Assembly: GCA_002269645.1 (NCBI GenBank)
Contig: NIVC01002078.1
Location: 83,409-147,408 of the forward strand
Reading direction: 5' to 3'
Source: Macrostomum lignano
Taxonomy: Eukaryota
Length of the DNA: 64,000 bases
A program made the translations under genes and the position numbers. Below, piece after piece: positions 34,906 to 47,260 of this stretch. Each line of letters starts with the position of its first letter. The stretch's first letter is position 1. The notes under the pieces were generated by a model. That model was not told the DNA's origin. It worked only from the letters and a program-made list of their open reading frames with translations, and ran no database searches.

Positions 34906-37900
34906 ATGAAACTCAAACAAAACAAAAAAATCCAACAAAATCCTATAAATTCTGTTATACTCAGTACCCACAGCTAATAAAAACAACTTTAACGGTTCAC
35001 TCTTCACAAGCACACCTTCGATGTGTAGATTGAAAGAAGACAATAGCCATTTCAGTTAGAGCCTTAGATTTTAACTAGTTATAATAGACAAAAAACAGAC
35101 GCCTGTTCGTCTTTCCTGCACACACTGAGCTACCTCACTAAAAACTCTATGAACAACAATTCTACGAGTTATGAGCAAATTGAGCAGCAATTATCTTCTT
35201 ATCCACCAAGCGAATAATAAAGCCCTGCCCGGAATGAATAGATACAATTTAGATTTTGAAGCACCCTAAACGGTTAGGTGTTTTAGACAGAATAAAATAA
35301 ACTTCACAGCGAAATACTGAAGAAGCGCTTACGTTAACGTTTATACTATTTCATTTACATAAGGCGAACCAAAATTAACAGACCACGTCAAAAGACGCAA
35401 GATCATAAAAATAATTCAGGACGACAAGAGTCAATCAAAAACCAAATAGAGATGGATGAAGGACGGTTTTTTTGCTTCTTAATGAACAAACGTGCAGCAG
35501 TATACAGATGCATACATGACGTTATTGAAATGCTCCAAGCCTCCAATCCCAGCTCAGAATACTAAATTGAAATATAAAAGATAGATAAAAATTAAAAGCG
35601 GCTTTAACCTTGTTTACAGCAAACTATTTATGACGACAGGGGCCAAGCTGTTCGATATTTCCAGTTAAACAGAGAAGAGTCACTTCGAGCAGAAACAGGG
35701 CGGCAAACGTCACTAAAGCAAAAGGGCCTTTCCATTCGATCAACTATGCGTTCGCTTGGCTTTCGCGAACCTTTGTCAAGATAAGAGATAGTAGCAGCCA
35801 CTATCTACCGACCATTGCGACTAGCTAAACCCTAACTCAATGCAATGCTTAAATAAATATACTCACTCACACACACTGTACCGAAGCAAAAGCGTAATCT
35901 TACTGAGAAGCAGCCGAGCCTACCACATACATACACGAATATATAAAAATCAAAATCACGTGTGTAATAGCGTTCTCTCTTAGTAGCTAGCTATAGCTAA
36001 AGTTTCGAAGAAAGATGATAACGCTATATATTGTGCATGCTTTGATTGATATCAAACCGATATGATTCTTGTCAATTGAATTACACTGAAATTATATGCT
36101 AATTGATAACGATAAGAGATAATAAACTAATGAAATTAGACATCCACGCTTTAATTAAAATCAATAACAATAACTAACGAATGGAGTCTAATACAACTAC
36201 AAGGAAATTCAAATTCTTAAGACATTCACATTCTATAACAGGTAATAAATGTAAAATGTGTATATAGCTTGTAAAAGATTTAAATGCCATTAGAACGTTA
36301 AAAATCGCTGAAAAGTGGTAGTCATAAATTTAAAATACTTTAGGTAAGTAGGTCTGTCTCTACGCTATGCAACTTACCGAAACAGAATAAAACAGGACGC
36401 TACTAATTATCTTTGGTGATTTATTGAAGTCGCGCTGAATAATTGAAAGCTATTTATAAGCACCAGTGTTGAAGAAAGAATTTTAATTAATTACACGATT
36501 GATAAGCTAAGGGTATGTTTTATTAGTGTACTTTAACGGATAAAACTTTAAGCAGAGAAATTTTGCCTGGATAGTGGAAATTAGATCCAAAGAAAGAAAA
36601 TGATTAAGTAAATAATACAATAAAAAACGAGGGACCGGGCCCAACACGCGACTATATAGAGGAGGGGTTTGCGTCAATAGCAGACGCGGCAGGGGAGGGG
36701 TTGGCTGAAGGAGGTGAGGGGCGCTAGCAGATAATATAGAACTAGTTTGCCTATTGGACGGGGTGAGAAAGCGTCCCACAGCACTGTACGTACACCGAAG
36801 GTGGGGTGGTTGGTCTAACGGAGGGGTTGGCTTGTTGTATTAGCCACTTAAAATACAGTTCTCTAGAGATAGTGACGTGCGGAGGAGACGGTTCCAGTGT
36901 GCCCCAGGCCTTGGGTGGAGAGGGAAGAGTGGCAGCGAGGGGTGGGGCCATACGAGGACGCTAGAAGGTCGAACAAGAATCCAAAGCACAGACCAAGCCA
37001 GTCTAGTAAGCAAGCGAAAGTTCACAGAGAACCCCAAAATGCTCGCGCTAATTGCCAAAAGCTCTCCTTCTTCCCTAATCGACCAATACAGGCAAAAATA
37101 GTGTCCAATAAAAGCAGGCCAGCCAGCAGCACTTCCTTCACCCCGACATCTCCTAAAGTTGCAATGACTAGAGGCTGTATACATAACACAATATTAAAGT
37201 GCAAATGAGGCAGGCATACGTACAAAGGCAAGGGGAATCGCAACGTCACTAGTGGGAGATCCCATGGCCGTGGGCGTTTCAGAAGGCCCAAAAAGACGGA
37301 AAGAAACCGGAGAATGTTGATTGCATATTGCAGCTGCAGATGGTAAAGAAAGGAAGTGAGAAAAAACCTAGGCAGTAGATGAAAATTAGGATGTGAAAAC
37401 TGTCCAAGAAAAACCCGTCGCTTTCACAGTCCACGTCCGTAACTTCTGGTTGATAAGAGTTAAGGTATTGATGCATGCAGCTTAAGCATACCTTTAATTA
37501 ACATTGGATGGGAAGACAGACGGAAACCCGAAAAATGCTTTTCTTGCAGAAGCCTAATACTTACATGTCAGTAACAGACAAATTTTTAATCTATTATCTA
37601 TAAATATAATAATTAAAACAAAGAACCAGTAGAAGTTAATGCCACAACAATGAAGAATTGACCAATTAGTTACGTTTATTTTTTATTTCCTAGAACAATA
37701 ATGATGGCCCAAATTTCCAATTAGATTGATTTTGAAACAAAACTGACAAATGTTGCCGAGACACAAAATTAAAGTTTTAATAGCATTATGTACTTCTAAA
37801 ACAATACTTTAACAATTGGATTTCACAAGTTTTAGAGTCTCACATTTACCTGGATAATTATTAAACAAAGAATGAGTAATACATAGATTTTCCGTCACAA

Positions 37901-38370
37901 TACAAACAGGTGTTACAATCACTGGATTTAAACGAGTATTTCACTGATTTAGAAAAAAGTTACATTAAGAGCTTTTTATTTTAAAAAAAATTGCAATTAA
38001 ATTTAAGAGCGATATATGAAGATTTGAAGTATATACACAGAAACTATGACGGGTGGAATATAAATGTACGGATATGAATATTTTGGGATTATATAGTAGA
38101 ATTATAAAAGAAGATACGAGACCTACTTAGTAGTAGTAGTAGTAGTAGTATATTAACACAAAAAGAGTAGAATTAATCAACTCGAATTAATAGTTATAAT
38201 TAAAGGAACCCTAAAAAGTAGCATTGCCTTGTTTTTTAAAAAGAAACAATAAAAACACAAACAGAGACAAAACTGAGATTTTTATATTAGTTCGTCAAAG
38301 TCAAATTTTGGGGACACGGGAGATAGTTTATAGTTGTCAATAATAAAACAATTAAGCTTATGTTAAAAAT

Positions 38371-38805
<435 letters not shown>

Positions 38806-38936
38806 TTAACTCGGTTGGTAGATGAAAAAGCAACGCTAAAGCATGCAATTGATTGCATGGCCAGGTGAAGTATTTAATTGGATTGGTGCTATTTGGTCTT
38901 GAATATTGAGAGTATTCACTTAGGAAGAGGGGGTAG

Positions 38937-40375
38937 CCCTGAAGGATTGGGACTGGGAATTTAGTCACTGTAGTGAGCTCAGGGGCGTAGCCAGAGGGGG
39001 GGCAAGGGGGCCGTGGCCACCCCCAATCACCAACTCTGGCCTTGGCGCCCCCCCCCCTAAAAGAAACTGGCGCCCCCCCCCTAAAAAGAAACTGGCGCCC
39101 CCCCCCCCCCTATAAGAAACTGGCGCCCCCCCTAAAAGAAACTGGCGCCCCCCCCCCTATAAGAAACTGGCGCCCCCCCCTATAAGAAACTGGCGCCCCC
39201 CCTATAAGAAACTGGCGCCCCCCCTATAAGAAACTGGCGCCCCCCCCCCTAAAAGAAACTGGCGCCCCACCCCCTAAAAGAAACTGGCGCCCCCCCCTAA
39301 AAGAAACTGGCGCCCCCCTATAAGAAACTGGCGCCCCCCCCCTAAAAAACTGGCGCCCCCCTATAAGAAACTGGCGCCCCCCCCTAAAAGAAACTGGCGC
39401 CCCCCTATAAGAAGCTGGCGCCCCCTAACTCACGGCCCCCCCAATTAAAATTCCTGGCTACGCCCCTGAGTGAGCTCTGAAGGATTGGGACTGGGAATTT
39501 AGTCACTGTAGTGAGCTCTGAAGGATTGGGACTGGGAATTTAGTCACTGTAGTGAGCTCTGAAGGTTTGCGACTGGGAATTTAGTCACTGTAGTGAGCTC
39601 TGAAGGTTTGCGACTGGGAATTTAGTCACTGTAGTGAAGCTCTGAAGGATTGGGACTGGGAATTTAGTCACTGTAGTGAGCTCTGAAGGATTGGGACTGG
39701 GAATTTAGTCACTGTAATGTAGCTCTGAAGAATTGGGACTGGGAATTTAGTCACTGTAGTGAAGCTCTGAAGGATTGGGACTGGGAATTCAGTCACTGTA
39801 GTGAAGCTCTGAAGGATTGGGACTGGGAATTTAGTCACTGTAGTGAAGCTCTGAAGGATTGGTGCTGGGAATTTAGTCACTGTAGTGAGCTCTGAAGGAT
39901 TGGGACTGGGAATTTAGTCACTGTAGTGAGCTCTGAAGGATTGGGACTGGGAATTTAGTCACTGTAGTGAAGCTCTGAAGGATTGGGCTGGGAATTTAGT
40001 CACTGTAGTGAGCTCTGAAGGATTGGGAATTTAGTCACTGTAGTGAAGCCCTGAAGGACTGGGAATTTAGTCACTGTAGTGAAGCTCTGAAGGAATGGGA
40101 CTGGGAATTTAGTCACTGTAGTGAAGCTCTGAAGGATTGGGACTGGGAATTTAGTCACTGTAGTGAAGCTCTGAAGGATTGGGACTGGGAATTTAGTCAC
40201 TGTAGTGAAGCTCTGAAGGATTGGACTGGGAATTTAGTCACTGTAGTGAAGCTCTGAAGGATTGGGCTGGGAATTTAGTCACTGTAGTGAAGCTCTGAAG
40301 GATTGGGCTGGGAATAGATTAACTGTAGTGAAGCCTGAACTGAAGAATTGGGCTAGGAATATATTCATTGTAGTA
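38937..40375 (+). repeat. 41-42-bp minisatellite (GAAGGATTGGGACTGGGAATTTAGTCACTGTAGTGAAGCTCT) upstream of H3.3, probably in its 5'UTR intron
   Basis: About 22 copies; the first unit is interrupted by a MITE. Confidence 0.95.
38980..39468. mobile_element. hAT-type MITE, 489 bp, with perfect 15-bp TIRs and an 8-bp TSD
   Basis: TIRs CAGGGGCGTAGCCAG...CTGGCTACGCCCCTG. TSD AGTGAGCT at 38972-38979 and 39469-39476. Internal ~23-bp array TAAAAGAAACTGGCGCCCCCCC. Confidence 0.9.
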
Positions 40376-41500
40376 TAGCCCTGATTAGAAACTTGGGACT
40401 AGGTAATGTACCCTAAAGGACAAACATGTTGCATTACATCAGGAAATTTTGTAAATTTTGTGCAATAATGACATGAATTTAGCATAAAGTCGATATTAAT
40501 ATACCTAAAATGATATAACTTGAATTTGCATGAATTTAAAATATTCATGATATAAAAGCACAATCAAAAAGGGCAAAAAGAAAACAAAGTGTGTAGATGT
40601 GATAATAAGAAAATTAGTAGCAAGAAAAATGGGTTCAGTATATCATTTAGTTTGACTGTTTGATGGTATAAAATGTTGTATTTTGACCATAGTTGGTTTT
40701 TTAGAAGAGCAGAAAAATGAAACATAATAAAATCTAATCAAGTAACAATGGGTAAGCATGAGGCTATGAGAAAAAATGGGGATAGACCAGAAGTAAAAAA
40801 ACAATAACATTTGCATTTGCAAAAGAAAAGAAGCAAAAACAATGCAAAAGAGGGATAGAGCAGAAGACAGAATAATCTAGGAAGATCAGGAAGATTAGGC
40901 ACTACAGATTCAAAGTGTAAGACAGATAGCAATAGCAAGAGACACCTAGGTGATAGGGTATTGCCTAGATTAAAAGGTTGATTAAAGAAAAGACTATTAG
41001 AGTTTTAAAATCATCTCAATAGCTAATAGGTCTTTTTATTGTTTTCATTTATAGCATAGCCTAAGTTGTAGAATTGCCTTGTGTTCAGTTGGTTTTGGCT
41101 AATGTATTTAGACTTACATGCCTAACACCTGTCCAACCTATCCAAACCAGACGGGTGAAATGGCTGCTGACCAAGGTAAGTTGCAAAATTGAAAATGCAA
41201 AAAAATGAAAAATTGGGAGAAAGAAATAAGAGGAAGAGAAAAGGAAAAGAAAGGAAGGAGAAGAGAGAGAGAGGGGAAAGAGAAGAGAGAAGAAAGGAGA
41301 AAAAGGCAAGAAAAGTCATATACAAATTGAAAATTAAGTTGCAATTGGGGGGAACTAAGTTGCAATCGAGAGGAACCAAGTCACAATCAGGAGGAACTAA
41401 GTCGTAATTCTAGACACCACACAGGTGAAATTTTGAGATTAGGCATTTATATATTAAGACTAGCATTTAGAATAGCAATGAAGCATTTAGCCTTAATATA

Positions 41501-42500
41501 CTAGCAATCAGTGCCCCCCCCCATTGGGGAGCCAAAAAATGCAGTAACTGTTTTTTTAATAAACTTTTTACTTTTAAAACTTTTCAAATAAACATATAGC
41601 ATCCCTTTGCATTATACCTCAGCAGTCCCTTGTAAGCCTTGACATACTAGCAGTTCCCCCACAAGCCTTAACATACCAAATTCCCCCCTTGACAAAAAGT
41701 TGTAACAAATGTAACAAAAAGTTTTGAATAAACTACATACAGCTTCTGAGTTTAGCCTTGACATCTCATTTATTCCTCTATGAGCCTTGACATCTCAGCT
41801 ATTCCCCTCATAAGATTTGAAATCATAGTAATTCTCCCCAAGAGTCACAGCACACAGTTTCATGTCACATTTTTTATGACACTTATTTTATGTCTGACAT
41901 GACATTTCTTATATTTTTGACACCATGCTTCCTTCATATCTGACATGACACTTCTTTTGTCAAGGCTTTATTCTAATTTGGAATAAACCAGATGTTGATA
42001 CTACCTGTTTAAACTACAGCTTCTCTTTGCAATAACCTCAGCAATCCTTTGTGAGCCTTGAACTCTCAGCTATTCCCCTAGCAAGCCTTGACATCTTAGC
42101 TATTCCCATTGCAAGCCTTGATATCTTAGCTATTCCCATTGCAAGCCTTGACATCTTAGCTATTCCCATTGCAAGTCTTGATATCTCAGCTATTCCCCTT
42201 GCAAGCCTTGACATCTTAGCTATTCCCATTGCAAGCCTTGATATCTCAACGATGCTGCCCCCTTATAAACCTTGAAATCTAAAAAATCCCTATCAATGTT
42301 GAAACCCCCTAAACCTTAACTATAAATCCAAACCTGACCTAAACCTAAACCTAGCCCTAAAGCCTTAAATTTGCAGCAATTTTTCTTCCCTAAGCTTTGA
42401 CATTTTAGTGATTCCTCCCTTTACATCTTTACATCACAGCACTATAGCAATTCCCTCCAAGCCTTGACATCATAGCAATTCCCAAATAAATCTTTCAACT
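41501..42500 (-). mobile_element. Helitron-like element with 30-bp internal tandem repeat and telomere-like CCTAAA tract
   Basis: Minus-strand end ...GGGCACTGATTGCTAG|T at 41501 with a GC hairpin. 30-bp array GCAAGCCTTGACATCTTAGCTATTCCCATT at 42050-42250. CCTAAACCTAAACCTAGCCCTAAA near 42340. Related to 2690 and 10555. Confidence 0.5.
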
Positions 42501-43130
42501 ATGACATGACTCTTCTTTTATGCCTACATAATGCTTCTTTTCTTTTTGACATGACACTTCTTTTATTAGCGCCTCCCCCCATAGCAACACTTTTTGATTT
42601 TTATATAATACTTTTTAATGTCTGACGTGACACTTCTTTTATTATTCCTTCTTTTATTATTATTTTTTACATGATCCTTCTATCATTTTTACAATTTATT
42701 TCTATGATTGTTTAGATGACACTTCTATTATTGTTGACATGATGCTTTTATGTTTTTATATGACTTTTCTATGATTGTTTAAATGATGCTTATATGATTT
42801 TTGACATCTATATACTAAAAATTTATGCTTCTATAATTGTTTATATGATGCTTCTATAATTTTTTACATGAGGCCTCTATGATTTTTCCATGACACTTCT
42901 ATGATTTTTAAATGACATCTCTATAATTTTTTACATGATGCTTCTATGATCCTTTACATAATGCTTTTATAATTTTTACATGATGCTTCTATGATTTTTA
43001 CACAACACTTCTATAGTTATTTATATAAGGCTTCTATATTTTTTTGCATGATGCTTCTATGATTTTTTACATGACACTTCTATGGTTTTTTTATGACGAT
43101 TCTTTTATTTTTCACATGACACTTCTTTTT
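42480..43130 (+). repeat. Degenerate ~22-bp AT-rich tandem repeat (ATGATGCTTCTATGATTTTTTAC)
   Basis: Many degenerate copies. Confidence 0.7.
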
Positions 43131-44789
43131 AAAGTTTTTTTAAAATCCAAAAAAATACTTTTAAATTTTACTTAAAAAACTAAAAAAACAAGTTTTTGTT
43201 TAAAAAACTTTACTCTAAAAATTTGAACCATTGTTTCGCATTTAGCAGTTTAGTCAGTAGTTCACCTATAGGCTAGCTTGCATTGTTTTGATAACATGAA
43301 TTTTAGCACTTAAAATATAATTCAACACTTTCAAAACTCCAAGCATAGAGTATATCATACAAGGCAGTTATGACATAATCAAATTTCTTAGTCAGTCAAT
43401 ATCAGTTAACTATATTATTACACAATCTAAATCAAGTCTAGTGCTATGCTTTTACACTGCATTTTTAATACTGTGACACAATTCAAGTTAGAGTTACAAT
43501 TTAGTTATGATGCAAACTATTCCAGAATCAGAATTCAACCAATTAGTATTTTTTCTAACATTCTTACAATGCATTTCAAGTCAAAAGAGCTGCCTGACCT
43601 TTGCAAAAAAGCATGTTTTTTGATTATTTAATCCCTTTAGCATTGAGCAATTTCTTAGCTTAGACATATGTACTGTCATAGGATATATTCTGATCAAATG
43701 GTGCAAGTCTTTTAGTCTATAAAAATCAATTCAGCTGTTTAGGAGAAAATCAATTGCATACAAGCAAGCCAGCAAGATTATCATTTTTAGTATATAGGAA
43801 GACAATCATGGGAAAAATTTTGCCATTTACCCAAAATTGATTTTGCATTATTTTTTTGCTTTACACTTTCATTCATAGGTAAGTTGCATTTTTTGACTAA
43901 AATTAAGTTGCATAGCCAATGTAAATCAAGGGGTTTGTGCATGTATATTGGGTAAGAACCCAGTTTTAAGATTAACGATAAGTTCTAAGTATTTTCATTT
44001 TTAAATATGTTTGGAAAAAAGTTTTTTTTAAATCAGACCTTAAATATTTTAGCAAATATAGAAATTTTTATTAATGCTTGACTTTTATGTAGGTTAATTT
44101 TTTGGTTTTTTTTCTTACATTCCTAAGAGATATACAGTATAACTGCTTAATCATTGTTGCTTCATCTTAGTTATAATTCTCTGTAGGGTCTAATGCTTGT
44201 ATATGCAAATGCAAAAACCTAGGTTTTGTGTTTTTAAGGATGTCTGTTTTCCTGAGGTTATTAGAGCAGTTGTTTAATTTGAATATTATAATAATACGAT
44301 TCCATTTTTTGTTTAATTTTAAGAAAATTTTTGGAAATATTGAGGGAAAGGAATGTTAAACAACAAGGATAATTGAATAACAAGTGTTTTTAGATAGGTT
44401 AAAGAGGTATTTATAGAAATTAGTTTGAATTTAGTTTATGGCCTTAAGATCAGTGCAAGTTGCTAGAGGTTCCTAGATTTAATAAATTTATTTTATAATT
44501 GGCACAAGCTGTTGAAACCCGCGGATTTTGAACCCGGGGAATTCCAATACCCGGAACTACTTTTGCATGTATTCTGAAATCTAAGGCCATACACAAACAA
44601 AAACTTGTTAATAGTTAGTAGGATAGAGGTAGACATAAAATGGAGCACATTTGTGTAAAATTAGGGTTTGAGACATTGTTGGCTGGGGTACTGCGCAGAA
44701 TGTCAGGCAATGTCTGTCTGACTCTAAAACATATATTGCTAAACTCTGGTCTCTCCCTGACTCCCCCTACGTCCCTTGGATCCTTTAAA

Positions 44790-45122
44790 ACTTTTATCGT
44801 CTGTTTCCTCTCATCTCTCTCGTCCCTCGTCTCTCCTCTCTCCCCTCTTCTCTCGTATCTTCCCTCATCTCTCTTCTCTTTCATCTCTCTTATCTTATCT
44901 CTTGTCTCTTCTTTTCTCTCTCCTCTCCTCTCTCCTCTCTCCTCTCACCCCCTCTTCTCTCTTATCTTCCTTCTCCTTTCTATTCTTTTCTCTCTTCTCT
45001 TAACTCTCTCCTCTACTCTCTCATCTCTTCCCTCACCTCTTTTCTCTCTCGTCTTTGCTCTCTCATCTTTCCTTTCTCTTCTTTTATCTTTTCTCTCTTA
45101 TCTCTTCTCATTTCTCTCTGCT

Positions 45123-45194
<72 letters not shown>

Positions 45195-45850
45195 GTCTTC
45201 TCTCTTATCTCTCCTCCTCTCTCTACTCCCTCCCCTCTCCATTCTCCTCTTTCCTCTCCTCTCTCCTCACTCACTTCTCTACCTTTGTCTCTCCTCTCGT
45301 CTCTGTAACCTCTCCTCTGTTCTTTCTACTCTCCCATCTTTTATCTGTTCACTCTCGTCTCTGCTCTCTCACCCCCTCTTTAATCTGGCATCTCTGTCTT
45401 ATATATTCTCTCACCTCTCTCCTCTGTACTCTTTTCTTTCCCTCTTTTGACTCCTCACTTTCCTTTCTCCCTTCTTCTTTTCTCTTCTCTTCCCTTTTCT
45501 ATACTCTGTCTCCCTCTCTTCTCTCACTCCACTCTCCTCTCTCCTTTATCTCTCATCTCTCATTTCTCATCTCTCCTTCCACCTCTCTCATCTCTACTAC
45601 CTTAGAGATGTAGAGATGTATCTTTATCTCTTCTCTCTTCCCTTTACTCTCTCATCTCTTCTTTCACCTGTTTCCTCTCTGCTGTCTCCTCTCTCCTCTC
45701 ATCTGCAGCTCTCTGCTCTCTCATCTCTACTCTCTGCTCTCGCTTTTCTTCTCTCCCCTCTCTCTCATCATCCTCACCCCCTCATCTCTCCTATTATCTT
45801 TTATCTTTTTTTTTATCCCCTCTGTCGCCTCTCCTCTCTTCGAATCGTCT
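44790..45850. repeat. Polypyrimidine low-complexity tract with a perfect (CT)n core at ~45125-45188
   Basis: Almost purely C/T on the + strand. Confidence 0.95.
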
Positions 45851-46509
45851 ATTCCTTCTTCTTTCCACTTTCATCTGCCCCTCAGCCATGAGCTGGATTC
45901 TTTATCTGGCCTTTGAGGTAAAGTCTGCCCATCCCTGCTTGGAAAGCCAGTTTGTGGGACATAGTACTCTCATGGTTGTTCTCATGCTTTGATCACGTCA
46001 TCTTTCTTGCCAATTTGCAGCCCTGAAAGGAATTTGTGTATCTTCAGCTCCACTGCAGTCTGCATCAGTCTAACAACCAAGGAAATACGCATTTCTTAGA
46101 AGGCCATTTAATATTTACACAGTACCTTTAAAAGAAACCTAAAATTTCCATGGTGTGCCTAATTTAGTAGGGTTGTATTGCATTGCATGGCATCGCCTTT
46201 TCATAAATCTTTCACTTTTACAAACCATGCTGGATAGTGGATTCCCTCGATTTGCCAATTGCCAATTGCCATCCACTGAGTTAAACTGCTGCAGAGTTTG
46301 CCAATACAGAGGGGAGGGCAGTGGTTAGAATTTCTCACTAAACTGTTATGGCTAATCGTAGCCTCTTTACTCTCGGGGTGGAATTCCAAAACACTGTACA
46401 TTTGCTATGTACATTCAGTCCTATCGCCTGACCATTCGTCTGGCTCTGGGGGAATGAGTGAGTGAGTGGCACAAACAACAGAAAAAGCAGACAAACTTCA
46501 CATGCTTAT

Positions 46510-47086
46510 AGTTTCCGTCCTGATTGAGATACAGAGTTGAGACTTTACATTTAGACAGAGAATGAGTCAATGAAGAATTGTGTCAAGTTTGAAGTCAATC
46601 ACTTTACGTGGAGCAAACTTATGGCAGCTGAAAGTTAGTCAATTTTGAAACCTTTTACACATCTGGGCCCAGATCGGGATCGGGAAAGAGAGGCAGGCGG
46701 GCGGAGGTTGGGGTGGCTGCCTCGCTGAAAAAAACAGCCTAACTTTAAAAGTGCACAGCACTGCTTAGGATTAACTTTAAGACTCGAAATTTTACATGAT
46801 TGTGCCAAAATAGTTTAAGAATATCTGTGTCAAATTTGAAGAGAATCGGTAGAAGTGGAGCGGCGCTATGGAGGATTAAGTGAAAAAATCACGCATTTTG
46901 AGCAGTTTTTTGTACTTTTAGGTAGGAAGACTTGAGTCTAGGAAATTAAAAGGTAGCCTAAGACATTCTCCGTAGTAAGTTTAGGGTGGGTGTAAAGTTT
47001 GGTGTAATTTGGTTGAGCGGTTTGGGAGTCCATAGCGATCAAAATTGTCCATAGACACACAGAGTTTTCATTTTTATAGCTAGAGA
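46510..47086 (-). mobile_element. Helitron/DINE-1-like non-autonomous element
   Basis: Minus-strand start A|TCTCTAGCTATAAAAATGAAAACTCTGTGTGT followed by ...CCAAACCGCTCAACCAAATT. Internal repeats of the (TG)TCAAATTTGAAG...AATC motif. 3' end unclear. Confidence 0.45.
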
Positions 47087-47260
47087 TGACTAAAGAATTA
47101 AATAGTCTACCAATATTTCAATAAGCATAATATCCAGCATTGTGTTATTGACTTTGTGCAATGATAAGAACATTGCAGAATTGACCTTGTTTGATCTAAA
47201 AAGCAGTGTATATTTTTAAGTTGTTATCCTTTTCAAGCCTGAATTCCTAAATAGAAAGCT

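Noticed and set aside
36500-37350. Cluster of short ORFs on both strands
   Set aside because: No motifs and no consistent exon structure; may be distal H3.3 3'UTR or decayed repeat.
38300-38370. Histone 3' stem-loop after the H3 stop
   Set aside because: No GGCYCTTTTCAGRGCC-type hairpin present, consistent with a polyadenylated H3.3.
41085-41180. Possible + strand exon ending at a CCAAG/GTAAGT donor
   Set aside because: No ORF, partner exon or gene context could be established.
44615-45891. Leu/Ser-rich ORFs
   Set aside because: Products of a CT low-complexity tract.
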